From Callorhinchus milii (taxonomy: Eukaryota), in the NCBI RefSeq assembly GCF_018977255.1, contig NW_024704760.1:6758001-6822000 (forward strand): DNA of 64,000 bases. Reading direction: 5' to 3'. Each line of letters starts with the position of its first letter. Positions within the stretch are counted from its first letter, which is position 1. Of this stretch, positions 39,335 to 51,706 are shown piece by piece. Under the pieces are notes generated by a model, which searched no databases, was not told where the DNA came from, and worked only from the letters and a program-made list of their open reading frames with translations. A program made the translations under genes and the position numbers.

Positions 39335-40387
39335 CTAAAAAATGCACAGAATATGGTGGTCATTAAAATAGTACAGGAATATTTGCATTTTTGAATCAAA
39401 ACACTTTTTTTAATATAACTCGAGAGGTCCGTGCATAACTTAGATAGCTACATTAAAATACAGTTTGCATAAATTATACACAGAGTATATACTGATTAGG
39501 ATGCCAGTGCCAGTCGAGCAGGATTGGGGAGTGAGGAAGTCAGAGAGGTACCAGAGAGTGAAGGTACAAGAACATTGTGCCTTCACTCTCTGGCCTGGCA
39601 CAGAAACAATGGGCCGAATGGCGTCCTTCTTTGCTGTGTAACTATGATTCTATGAACGTTCTGTGGTTTATTGGGATGGATAGCCCGATACATTTTCAAT
39701 CAGGTTACAGCAGGATAAGAAGGCATCAACGCCAAATAGTATTAAATTGGAATCGGACAAAACGGACTGCTATTTTCTTTAGTCAAAGCAGTTTAAAGTG
39801 GCACTGGCTCGCTGCACCTAAAATCAAAAATTCCTCCTAATCCTGAATTACAGTAGTTAAGATAAGAGATAGTAATTGGACCTATGTCAAATTGGAAGAC
39901 AACACATTTTCCTGTAACTCTAGGCATGATTAACAAGCTCCACACTACAGCCAACCTAAATGTGGGTCATGTATATTCATTCAGTCACCGCAGAACAAAT
40001 TTTATGCGGCAAAGAGAATTTACGATTTACAAGACCTTTTCGGACTTCTCTGGCTATATTATTGGTATGAGAAAGCAACTGAGTGACGTGGGTCCGAAAA
40101 TCAATGAAACACCGAGATTCTAGCCAGTATGGAATTTTTCAAATCAGTTCTAATACCCAGTTTCAGCACCTTAAAGGCACTGTTAGACGAATAAGAGAGA
40201 TTAGTAGAGTATTGGGCAAAAATTCAAATACTTGGAAGTGGGTGGAAACCATCTGCGAAGAGCCGAAGGAGGCTATTTTAGGCACCTGTGCTGTGCTGCT
40301 TGAATTCTTTGTCCTAAAGAACAATCATCAACTGGAAAAATGACTATCATCGTTTCTTAACTAAGAAACTCAAGGAGCAATACTTAC

Positions 40388-40461
40388 ACAATGGCACTGA
40401 CGCCCCTGCAATATCGCTCCCACATGCTTCTAAATCGAGGCTGTCCACCGATATCCCAAAG
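40388..40461 (-). CDS. ARL8A: ARL8A coding exon 3
   Basis: 74 nt, AG/GT flanks; LWDIGGQPRFRSMWERYCRGVSAI(V), G3 motif; LWD and GVSA are ARL8A-type residues. Confidence 0.95.
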
Positions 40462-40971
40462 CTAAAGATAATGGTTTAACAAGGCTCAATGAATATATAA
40501 TATACATTGTTATAAAGTAATGCTGACACAAAGGAATAAAGTTGTATTGCTCCTAACCCATGTGAATCCCTTGTTATATTCATGTCAACTGCCTTTATTT
40601 TCTCAAGTTGTACTTTTTTTCCACCAAAAATGCCAATGGAGGTGCAAATCACATGCTCATAGGTAATCTCAGTGAAGTAAAGGTACACACAGAACAACTT
40701 TCAGGGAATATTCTCAGTCTATAATTTGTTGGTAATATTCATAGAATTACCCACTTTTTTCTTCACCAAATCAGCCCCCCTCCTCCCAGTTCAGTTTATT
40801 GACATGAAAAATAAAGATCCCCTCCCCCGCCCAAAAAACACAAACACAGAAATATAACAGGGTTTTTATTTTGTGGATAACTCCACGGTTATTCATCATT
40901 AAACATATTACATGGTCTTGGTTCAACCCATTAAAAGAAAAACTGCAACTTTCATAAAGTGACCATTGTAC

Positions 40972-41052
40972 CTTGATGGTAACATTTCCTTTGGTTATTT
41001 TTCTCATGTTAAATCCCACAGTTGGTATCATATCTTCACTGAACTGTCCACA
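40972..41052 (-). CDS. ARL8A: ARL8A coding exon 2
   Basis: 81 nt, AG/GT flanks; [27 protein letters not shown] (switch I). Confidence 0.95.
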
Positions 41053-41238
41053 CTGTTGGTATAAAAGCAAAAATACTTTAAGAAAACTGAATAGACAGTG
41101 TTGTGGTAGAAAAGCCTTTCAATGGAATAAAGTGAATGCATTGTGGGTAAAGTTATGGCGATTCTTGTTAAAAATAAGATCACGGAGCATCTGGATAGTA
41201 ATAAAATGATAACAGATAGTCAATATCAGTTTATTAAA

Positions 41239-41830
41239 ATTTAATGTAGAGAAACGCAAAGTACTTCACATGGAGACAAAAAATCCAGGAAGGGAGTATT
41301 CTTTAAATGAAAAGAAAATCTGCACGGAAAATGAGAAGGACCTAGGTGTCCGGACTGACAATAAATTGCAGCTATTGCAACAGTGCTCGGTAGTAGTGAG
41401 TAAGGCAAACCAGATGCTGGGTTGTATTAAAAGAGCAACATTGGGCTGAAATAGTGGGGTATTCCTGCCACTTTATAAATCACTGGTGGTATGACCGCAC
41501 TTGGAATACTGTATGCAGTTCTGGCCATTGCAATATATGAAGGATATTGCAGCGATTGAGAGGATACAGAGGAGGGCAAACCAGATGATTGAGGAGTTGG
41601 AGAGACTGGACTATGAGGAGCGATTAGGTAAACTGGGCAAGTTCACACTGGAGCAGAGAAGGTGGAGTGATACGATTAGGGTCTTGAAGGGACTAGATAA
41701 TGTAGACCATGATGAGCGGTTTTATCTTGTAGAACACTAGAACCAGAGGACATGGCCTGCGATCAAAAGGGGATAAATTCAGAACAAATCTGCGAAAACA
41801 CTACTTCAGTGAGCTAGTAAACTTATCGAA
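41239..41830 (+). mobile_element. Degenerate CR1 LINE ORF2 3' fragment
   Basis: ORF 41501-41740 EYCMQFW..YMKDIAAIERIQRRA..YEERLGKLGKFTLEQRR; upstream FNVEK.KVLH and EKDLGV-like remnants; stops/frameshifts. Confidence 0.85.
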
Positions 41831-44800
41831 GTAGTAAACTTATATTCAAAGTCTTCTGCACGACTTATTATAAAACAAAACGTTGAACTTTCTTGGGCTA
41901 TTGATTCTCAGCACTTCACACAGCAGTGTAAATTGCACCTGAATTCCACATCAAATTTGGTGCTTCTCAACACAGGTTCATACAACACTTTAGTTTTAAA
42001 AAAACAGCAAATTGCCATGAACACAGAATTAAACATGTAACATCAGTTATTTCTGTAGGTTCAAATATCACAGAAACCAGCAAACTAACACAAGCCTTTG
42101 GAACATTAAACTTTCAGCGGGTCAGTGGAAACAAACCTACTGCATACAGATCTGTTACTGTTTCAGTCAAAAAACTGAAGCTCTGATGCAGAGTATTCAA
42201 TTTCCCCTCACATTAACAGCATCAGGCCAATATAGGCTATCAGTGGTGCACAAACAAGTACACTTCTTTCACAATCGAAAGGTCAAAAGATGCGAGTGCA
42301 CGGCCTAATGATTCTCAAATCTGCAATCTGCACGCTTTCGGTGTGCCCTTAGATTGTAGTGCAGCAGTTTGGAATACTTTACTTTTACCAAGCAATTGCC
42401 CAGTCTGACGTGCTCCACCTAACCTCCAGGCTCAAAGCCATTATGCAGACAAGATGAAGAAACGGAGAGAAAAAAAATCTATATTCTTGTATCCATTTTG
42501 TGTGAGCCATGTACAGTTTTTTTTAAAAAAAGGCCCCATAGATGACCTTTGCACTGTTGTACTTATGACACCACACGCCTATTGCTCATCACTGTTAATC
42601 GCTTCCCTATCAGTTCAGTCGGTTGACCCAAGCTCTTACGCTGGTTACATCCACAAACTGGCACATACTCTGCAGTATGCAAAAATGACAGATGGCTTAA
42701 CAGAATCAGATACGTATGGGATTACAGGTTGCACAACATATACCCAAGTGTGTCATTGCAGGGCAAATAGATGGGATGACACCCACTAGTGAAATGAACT
42801 TAGTCTGCAAAATGTGGAGGAGGAAACAAAATCATTTGTCTCAAGACCCTCTTCTTCAACCGTGCCTTCGGCCATCCTCCCACCCTCCCTTACCCCAAAC
42901 TCCCCCCCCACCCCCCACCCCGGGTCCAAATCCCTGTCAGTCCATCGCCTTGGAACATCCTCCTGACGTGAAAAGCTCTATACAAATGTAATTTTGTATT
43001 GTTTTTGTATAGTAACTAGAATGTATTTTAGAAAAAGACGAAATGGAAGACAAATGGAATCTAGATTAAGCACAATCGATAGCAAGAGTTCAGAATCCAT
43101 TTATAAACTACACAAATATCATTTGAACCCTTCCATCCAAATATTATTTGACATTAATCTGCCAAGTTAAACTGTACTAAAATACCGGAGAATCCAAGTT
43201 CAAATAAATGTAATTTACTCTTCGCAACTAATTTTTGACCCTAGTTGAATCTTCTTCTCTTTCTTGTAAACATTCCTCAGAACAGAGTGTAACGCAGTGA
43301 CTGGAAAGGATTACAGGGAATTAACGTAATCAAGGTGTTTGGATCATTTCAGTAAAAACAGTAGAGTAACTGTCTGTAGTTTGTTTAAGTCATCTGCCAC
43401 CTGCCTGTAATCCTCAACCACTCATGAAACGCTTAAATTCACTTTGTCTCAAATCTGCCGCTGTTCATTGATTTGACCGATATTGCACCTCGCAACACAT
43501 GGGGCCTGTGACGTAAAATGAGTATCAAGCTCTTTGGATTGCAACCAAGTTCATGATTCTTCATATAACACAGCTGCAAAACATGAAATATTGTATCACT
43601 GATCAATAAATACAGTGCAAGTTAAAACATGCAGGTCCATAGCATCAGTCGTCCTTTGGTACTTTGTCAAAACCATTTACCATCCTTAGTCAGGCCTATA
43701 CAGCATATGTCAGCAGGGTGTACACATATATATGCTTTTCCAGCAGGGTTATTGGAAGGAATTTAGAGTAAAAACTCTGGCTGACCTCAGACAGAGATGC
43801 TGAATGCAACTCACTATCACCATCTAGCTAATTCTGCATACTAAGGCATAATCTTGGGCCTTTCTGATCTACTCACGATTCATTTTTGTCTATTACTCAA
43901 TTAGCAATCGAGCAAACTAGCAACTAAGAGTGATCAAATAATTACAACGGAATAATATACAGTTAATCAACATCCCTGCAATACCATATCCATTTTTTAA
44001 AAAATGAAACCAAGAATTACAGAAAAGTAAGAATCAAACCGATTTGTAACTGGTAGCCTTGTTATATTTAGAATGATTTAGGTTAATTTAGTAAATTATG
44101 TTGAATTAACATAACACAATTTGCAGTTATGCCTTACACTTAATATGAATCTCAACTTTTCCCAAAGCACATTATGCTTTTATTGATTTAAAATAAAAGG
44201 AANTTTTTTTTTCACAAACAATGATTGGCAAAGAGAATTACCAGTAAAAGGCAAGTGAGCTTTATGGAGGTGGGAAGATTGATATTTTCAACATAAATAT
44301 TTACCTTTATATTCATTTCAAAGGTATTTGAAACCTTTCTTTTGAAATAAAATATTAGTTGGAGGGTGGAAGGAACATCAAATGTTCTACTGACATTTGA
44401 TGAGAAATCCTCATGGAACATCAACAGCACACTTCCTAACATAAATTCAGTGGAATCTCAAGAGTAAAACAAGACAGGTATCTTTTCTGATGGGTAAAGC
44501 CTAATGTAACAGAGTGCAACTGCTTCAATCTGTCATGATTTTTTCTATGCTCTATGGACAACTCCGTTAACTAAGAATTTATTCAAAAGACAAGATACTT
44601 AAAAATAAGGAAGACACATTCAAATAATTATTTGAGAGTGAAAGAACCCCCCCCTTGCAATTCCTCTTTGTTTAGTGAATCATAACTTCCACATTTAATT
44701 GGTAGAACTAGTTTGATATAAGCTCTAAACGGTGCAAAGTTCTTTACCCAATCCAGTAAAGTTCAACCTATAAACTATCATTTTATGGTTTTCATTATTT

Positions 44801-45844
44801 TAAGTTGCTCTAATGTGTAAGTTGATTCTCTACATTAAGCACACAAAGTGCAATATATACAGGTATTCAGCATTGTTTACAGGAGTTCAACTATTTTTAA
44901 TGCTAGAATAAGAAAAAAATTAACATTAAACATCACACCTTCATCTCTATTTAACTCAGCTCTATCCCTTTGCTTACAACATGCACACAAAAGAATGTCT
45001 CAAAGCTTAGCAATTTTTTGCTTAACAAAAAATGAAAATAATAATAATTTGTTCACGTCTATTTTGAGACACTGCAGCATTTGAGATAATTGTCTGCCTC
45101 GTTTCGCTCACACAACACAGTCATTACACTTTACAGGACATTCTGTGATGCCTTTCAGACGTCTTAAAGAAGTGATAAGGCGCTGTATCAAATACAAGGA
45201 TTATTGTTATTACAGTTGACGATATCGAGCAAGAAGTGGAAACAATTTAAGGTATTAAAAGACCTGATCAAGTGATGAGTACTTAGCATTGGAAGGAACC
45301 ATAGTAGTGGTGTGCAGGATGAATCCCTGGCCTCGGCTTCCGAAAGGTAGAATGGAATGAGTGGGGTGCAGACAGACACACAAATACGGTGAGCCATTTG
45401 AAAAGGAGAGAGTGTGGACTGCCAAAGAGTATACAGATGATAGAATGTTGGAGGGATTTAAACATGAATACTAGGATATTGAATTAGATACGCTGCAGGA
45501 CCAAATGATCATATAAATGACACAAGGTGTCCTGTCATGTGCTAAACTAAACCCTAATCAGTTTTAAAACCACTTGCAAGTAATCCATACCTGCACTAGA
45601 AACAGCAGAATCGCCAAGTTAAACAGTCACGAGTTTATCACTGCAATGTCCTTTTTTTTTAAAAAAAGGCTCAAAATATTTATGGATAGAAAACAATCTA
45701 AAGGATATAATGGCTACATGTACAGTCAGAACTCCCCTTTATACTTCATGCCTTACACACATTCTCAAAAATGTATTACAGCTGATATAATTCTGACTGG
45801 GAGGGTTTGCTGTTCAAAATGCAGCATCTATTTTTTACGAGGTT

Positions 45845-45992
45845 GTTTTTGGTCAGCTCAACATGCGGAAACCACACCTAAGAGGATGGAAACCAGACTT
45901 TCCACATACAGAATGGCGAGACCCGTTGCTTGGGGACCCCAGGGTGTACACTGGAGTTTAACGAGCTAAAAAGTACAACTTGCCATTGAGAA
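45845..45992 (-). repeat. Diverged/deleted copy of the unclassified repeat family
   Basis: GGTCAGC..ACATGCGGAAACC..GCTTGGGGACCCC..CTAAAA..CTTGCCATT shared with 57415-57685. Confidence 0.55.
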
Positions 45993-46119
45993 CACAGTCT
46001 TACTCAGCTAAGATCACACTAAGATTACACGCTTTGAGACGTCGCGACAAAATGATCAGACATTATATCAATTGCAAGGCTTATCATTAACAGTTAACAG
46101 AAGTTGAGTGAAAGGTCTT

Positions 46120-46499
46120 CTCCCCTCTAAGCCTTGCTTCTCCCTACCTCTGTGACCTCCTGACCCCCTACCAATCTGTCCACTCCCTCCGCTCAGCGGG
46201 CTCTGGCCTGCTTCATGTCCCCCGCCTTGCCCGCCCCACCATTCGTGTTGGACCTTCAGCCTCTTTCCCTCTACCTTCTGGAACTCTATCCCACAGTCCT
46301 TCCGCCTCGCCCCTTCCCTTGCCTCCTTCAAGACCCTTCCCAAGATCCTCCTCTTCGACCGTGCCTTCAATAACCCTCCTACCCTACCCTCCACCCCTCC
46401 TGATCCCAACCACGAGCTTGGGTGTGGATCTCTGACTGTCTAGTGCCTGGGGACGTGCTCCTGACATGAAAGGCGCTATACATATGTAATTTGTTGCTG
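46120..46499 (+). mobile_element. L2 LINE 3' end
   Basis: Reverse-complement similarity to 7111-7500; tail GAAAGGCGCTATACATATGTAATTTGTTG. Confidence 0.85.
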
Positions 46500-46718
46500 T
46501 CAAGGAACTAAACTGACTGGTCTGTCATCGTCTGTGTCTTGGGAGTACTGAGGATTTTCCCGGACAACCAAGTCCACGACAGGTCAACTCGATTCTGCCA
46601 TTCTGTTCCTAACCACATCATTTTGGCGCTATCTGAAGCCTTAGCGGATCCTACTCAGCTCCCTCCACATCTCCATCCCTGAGGCGTTGTATCAAATGCA
46701 AGTAGGATAGTTTACAAC

Positions 46719-46940
46719 ACAAAAACAGAAGGCGCTGGGAACACTCAGCAGGTCAGGCAGCATCTATGGAGAAAGGAAAATGGGTCAATGTTTCGGGTCC
46801 ATGACCCTTCGTCAGAACCGAAGGGTCGTGGACCCGAAACGTTGTCTCACTTTCCTTTCTCCATAGATGCTGCCTGATCTGCTGAGTGTTCCCAGCGCCT
46901 TCTGTTTTTGTTTCAGATTTTCAGCATCTGCAGTATTGTG
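46719..46940. mobile_element. Palindromic Penelope-like pseudo-LTR remnant (93-bp inverted arms) with hammerhead-like motif
   Basis: 46719-46811 is the reverse complement of 46819-46911 (6 mismatches by my count), 7-nt loop; same sequence recurs at 61040-61140. Confidence 0.75.
46783..46819 (-). ncRNA. Minimal type I hammerhead ribozyme-like motif (degenerate stem III)
   Basis: GGTT-CTGACGA-A-GGGTC-ATG-GACCC-GAAAC-AT-T-GACC: conserved core CUGANGA/GAAA, stem II GGGTC/GACCC, stem I GGTT/GACC. Confidence 0.55.
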
Positions 46941-47414
46941 CGTTTAGGATAATTTGCAAGCTCGTATTGTTCATTTTTTTAAAAAAAATGTGCATTTCAA
47001 TTGCTGAGTATCTGAAGCTGAAATAAATGGATACCATCCACGTCAGGAATAGCTGGAGGGGAGGCTGTATAAAACAGGACATTATTTTTGGAGATCCTAA
47101 AAGGCCTGGAAGGGTTACAAAACAAATTAGCAAGTTAACAAATGACATTTATATCCCGAATAATAATAACAATCCTTGCATTTAATGCAATGCCTTTCAA
47201 GTCAGACAGAAATCTCAAAGCATTTCAAAGGATTTACTGCAAAGTAGGGTTGCTATGTATTTTGGAGGCCATTGCAGCAACCAATTTGCGCACAGCCATG
47301 TCCCACAAACAGCCATTAAGTTGGGCATGGACAGAAATTTGAACCAAGGACAGAAATTACTTTCTTTTAGAAGGGAGGAGCCGGGAGGGGACAATGGCAG
47401 GGGAACCATTTAAC

Positions 47415-48530
47415 ATACACACACACATACACACACACATATATATATATGTATAGATATAACATTACTATTATTATTATTACTCAGTTACAAGCGGATT
47501 AAAACAGATTCAAAATATATGTAAAAACAATGCCCTGCGTCTCTCTCTTCGGTGTCTTCACATGTTTTTGCAAAATATTTTATTTGGTATCGGGGTGGGT
47601 GTGAAGCCATGTTTATATATATATATATATATATATATAATGCGTGTGTCTCTCTTTTTATTTATATACAGAAACAAAACACAAAATGAATTGGCGATCG
47701 ATGGGAATACCAGAAAATGAAACGCGGATCAAACAAAGCCAGGATACTGTCTGGGGTTACGAAAAAATAATTGAAAAACATAAGTAATAATGATCATGAT
47801 AATAATAATAATGATGATGATGATGATGATGACGATGATGGTGTGGAGGAGATGTAAGCCTTGAAATGGAAGGACGTGTGTGAACGATTTGCCAACTGTG
47901 TGTGTGTGTGTGTGTATATAACTGGGGGGGGGTGTGGGGCCTTTCCTTTGTGTGAGAGAGAGAGGATGAGTGTGTGAGAGGAAGAGAGAGAGAGAGAAAC
48001 ACACAGGGTGTGTGAGAGAGATATCGAAAGAGGGTATGAGTGAGGGGAGGGGGAGAGAGAGAGAGAGAGAGAAGGGTGGGAGAGGGCGAGGATGTGAGAC
48101 AAGGATGAGAAGGTGAGAGGGAGAAAGAAATTGAGAGACCTTGTGTGAGTCGGAGAGGGAAGGGGAGAGGGTGAGTGAGAAGAAAGGGAAGTAAGTGAGA
48201 GAGGGGAAGGAGAGTGAATGAGAGAGGGAAGTGAGGACGAGTGAGAGGGAAGAAGAGGATGAGTGAGAGAGGGAAGGATGAGTGGGTGAGACAGGGAAGG
48301 AGAGAGAATGAGAGAGGGAAGGAGAGCGAGAGGGTGTTAGAGAGAGGGAGGGTGGTAGAGAGAGAGAGAGAGACCGTGCGTGTGTGTGTGTGTGTGTGAG
48401 AGAGAAGAGAGGGAATGAGGGTGTGGAGAAGGAGAGAGGATGAGTGAGAGAGAGAATGGGGAGAGGATGAGTGAGAGGGAAAGGAAAGGAGGGCGTCACG
48501 AGAGAGAGTGTGTGTGTGTGAGGGAGGGGG
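47415..48530. repeat. Low-complexity/microsatellite block in 5' part of ARL8A intron 1
   Basis: (CA)n,(TA)n,(ATA/ATG)n,(GT)n and long GA-rich purine tract. Confidence 0.9.
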
Positions 48531-48643
48531 GAGGCCTGGGGAGGAGACCTGGCCGGAGCCTGACGGGGGGGGGAGGCCTGGCGGGGGGGGGGAGGCCTGG
48601 CGGGAGGAGGCCTGGCGGGGGGCTGGCGGGCTCGGGGCCTGTG

Positions 48644-48775
48644 NNNNNNNNNNNNNNNNNNNNNNNNNNNNNNNNNNNNNNNNNNNNNNNNNNNNNNNNN
48701 NNNNNNNNNNNNNNNNNNNNNNNNNNNNNNNNNNNNNNNNNNNNNNNNNNNNNNNNNNNNNNNNNNNNNNNNNNN
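48644..48775 (-). other. ARL8A: 132-N gap probably hiding ARL8A coding exon 1
   Basis: Expected 123-nt coding exon 1 (ATG..P-loop..VNVIA) not found elsewhere; minus strand enters the gap at ..GGCCCCCCGCC (Kozak-like) and exits into GC-rich intron-like DNA. Confidence 0.7.
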
Positions 48776-48806
48776 GGCGGGGGGCCGAGAGGGTGTCCGG
48801 GGGGCC

Positions 48807-49348
48807 TGACTGACTGACTGTCTGTCTCTCTCTCTGACTGACTGACTGTCTCTCTCTGTGACTGACTGTCTGTCTCTCTCTCTCTGTGACTGACTGTCTC
48901 TCTCTCTCTCTCTGGTGTAGTGACTGTCTCTCTCTCTCTCTCTCTGGTGTAGTGACTGTCTCTCTCTCTCTCTCTCTCTGTGTAGTGACTGTCTCTCTCT
49001 CTCTCTCTCTCTGACTGTCTCTCTCTCTCTGACTGACTGTCTCTGACTGACTGTCTCTCTCTGTGACTGACTGTCTCTCTCTCTGTGACTGTCTCTCTCT
49101 CTCTCTGACTGACTGTCTCTCTCTGACTGACTGTCTCTCTCTGTGACTGACTCTGTTCAGTGTCGTCGGCTTCAAAATCTTTTTTTTACAAAATGAATAA
49201 ATAAATATAGAGATAGAGAGATAAATAGATAAGACAGAGAGAGATAAATAGATAAGAGAGAGAGAGATAAATAGATAGAGAGATAAATAGAGAGAGAGAT
49301 AAATAGAGAGATAGAGATAAATAAAGAGATAGAGAGATAAATAGATAA
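48807..49348. repeat. Compound microsatellite (CTGA/CT then GATA/GA/AAAT) upstream of predicted ARL8A ATG
   Basis: Directly visible GACT/CT and GAGATAAATAGATA units. Confidence 0.9.
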
Positions 49349-49379
49349 GACGGAAGAAGTTTAAACAAAAACACAAACA

Positions 49380-49900
49380 AAACCGCCTTCCTCTAAAGAA
49401 GGGGTGGGGGTGGGGGGGGGAGGTGGGGGTGAGGGGGACGATGCGGGGTGTATGTGATGTGAAAGGGGGTGAGTGAGTGGGTGGGGGAGGGGAGGACGGT
49501 GGTGTTTACGCTCTCGAGGCCCTACCGACCCCCACACACACACCCACACACACACCCACACACAGAGCCTCCACCACCCACCGGACCTGACCTGACTGAC
49601 TGGACCGACTGACTGGACTTGGACCGCACTGACTGAGAGGCGCCACACGAAGCCCCCGCGCGCGCGCTCTATCTCTCTCTCCGTCTCCCTTCCCTGAAAC
49701 ACTGGCCAAGAGTAGCCCCTCGGCACCCGCTCCCCTGCTCCACACCGCTCTGTCGCTCCGTCTCCGTCTCTCGCCGCCCTCGACAGCGCCACCTTCAGTC
49801 CTGGAGGACGCCACTACCACTCTCACTCAGCCTCCAGGAGGATTTTTTTTTGGAGTGGTGGGGGTGGGGAGGGGGAGGGGGAGATGTTGGCCTCTTGGCT
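49380..49900 (-). promoter_or_regulatory. CpG-rich putative ARL8A promoter/5'UTR
   Basis: High GC and CpG density (CGCGCGCGCG at ~49657) upstream of ARL8A on the minus strand. Confidence 0.6.
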
Positions 49901-49950
49901 CTTGGCTTGACCCATTTTCGGTGTCTCTCTCTTTCTCTCTCCGCTGATTA

Positions 49951-50146
49951 TTAATAATAATAATAATAATAAACTGGTCGCTTCGAGCCACGTAACTGTT
50001 TGCGGGGCACCGCCGAGCGCAATCGGCTGCCGGGTTTCGCCGACACAAAATATACGCGGTCGTTTCACTCTGCGGTACACTGCGTGGAGCGCTCAGAGAC
50101 GTCTTGAAGACGTGATCAGGCGCTATCACAAACGCAAGGATTATTC
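49951..50146 (+). mobile_element. SINE 3' half, GC-shifted
   Basis: Same body/tail as other copies with many A/T->G/C differences. Confidence 0.8.
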
Positions 50147-51409
50147 TGATCACAAGCACGTAAACCGTAAAAGCATAAAATATATAAAAAGATCAATTAT
50201 ATGTTAGGAGAATAGCCCTTGGGAGTATTTTTATTGATTACATCTAAAATCTATAAATGCGTAATATATAAAATAATCGTAATACATTTCACGCTTTTAG
50301 TGACATTAGCAATTTAATAAATTACGTTTTTCATAATTCTCTTTGCATTTCAAATCGGGAGTACGATTCAAAGTGCTTCACGGGATTTGCTGTAAAGTGT
50401 ATTTTGTAGGTGATAACGGCAGCCAAATTGCACACATCAGTCTCCCACAAACAGCCATGGAGTGAATGACCAATTTTATCCGGAGGATTGTTGACCAGGG
50501 AACCAGGAGAAACTTCCCTCTCTTTTCAAATAGTGTCAAGGGAGGCAGGACATCACTCTATTGTCTCATCCAAGGGACAGATAATTGAAATTATATTTGC
50601 CAATATTTTCGGTAGTGTATTTAGAGCTTCTTGAACCTCAAAACAAAGGCTCCCAAATATTTTCTCCCCTATAGTATAAATGCCTTATGGCTCATGTAAG
50701 CTAATTGAATTAAAGTGACTTATTTTGTCAAACGGGCAGTTTTAAAATTTGATTCAATGCTTTGATTTTACAAGATATGTGACCGTTGCACCAATTTACT
50801 GTAAACTTTTATTCTAGGTATGAATACGGTACGGATTCAACTCAGAAATCAATACTGTGGAATTAACTGTATAGGAACATAATCTTACATGTTGTACCAA
50901 CTCAATAGCTGATGTCCTTAGAGGAGGAATGCTCCCCCCTCTCCCACTATGAATAAAACCAGAACAGTGTAAACAGTGGCAGAAAGTGACTTGAGTAGTG
51001 TGACTGGGAACAATTGGGTAACAAGTTAAAAATAAATGAGATGACATCAACATCACAAGCCTATCTTGTTGGCATTCAGCCCTTCATAAAGGTAAACAAG
51101 GATGTCCTGCCATTAGCTTGGTTGAAGTCACTCTGCTGTGAAGGTGCGATACAAATTGGGACCATTGTGATCTATTTATCTTCGCTTATTTCAGGAAGAA
51201 GCATATTAGCATCTTGGCCTGATTTTGTCCAATAGCATTTCGTGCTGAACAGCAATATGCAATCAACAATGTGTCACTGAGAAAGTGCAAGCCAGTTACT
51301 TTCATAGTGGTTCATATGGATTAAAGAACTATTAAAAGTACAGACAGGAGAGTAAACAACTTGTCACTTTCTTCGCAGTGAAATGTTTCCAAAATGGAAT
51401 GAGAACTCC

Positions 51410-51706
51410 ATGTTCCCCGCCTGGCCAAGCCCCACTATCGGCAGTTGGGCCTTCAGCCTCCGCCCCCACCCTGTGGCACTCCATCTCACAATCCCTTCGC
51501 CTCGCTCCCTTCCTTGCCTCCTTCAAGGCACTCAAGACCCTCTTGTTCGACCACACCTTCGGTCACCCTCCTGCCTCTACACTCCCTGCCCTCCACCCCT
51601 CCTGATCCCAACCCCCTGCTCGGGTCCAAATCTCTGACTGTCCAGCGCCTTGGGACGTCCTCCCCGTGTGAAGGGTGCTTATACAAATGTAATTTATTGT
51701 TGTTTT
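51410..51706 (+). mobile_element. L2 LINE 3' end
   Basis: LWHSI..FLASFKALKTLLFDHTF (L2 ORF2 end) plus tail. Confidence 0.85.

Noticed and set aside
33840-41052. Assignment as ARL8B
   Set aside because: FSEDM is ARL8B-like, but ITKG, LWD and GVSA plus adjacency to GPR37L1 favour ARL8A
47729-49376. Long ORFs (256 aa, 539 aa) on the minus strand
   Set aside because: Translations of microsatellites and an N gap; low-complexity S/L/H and R/E/Q runs
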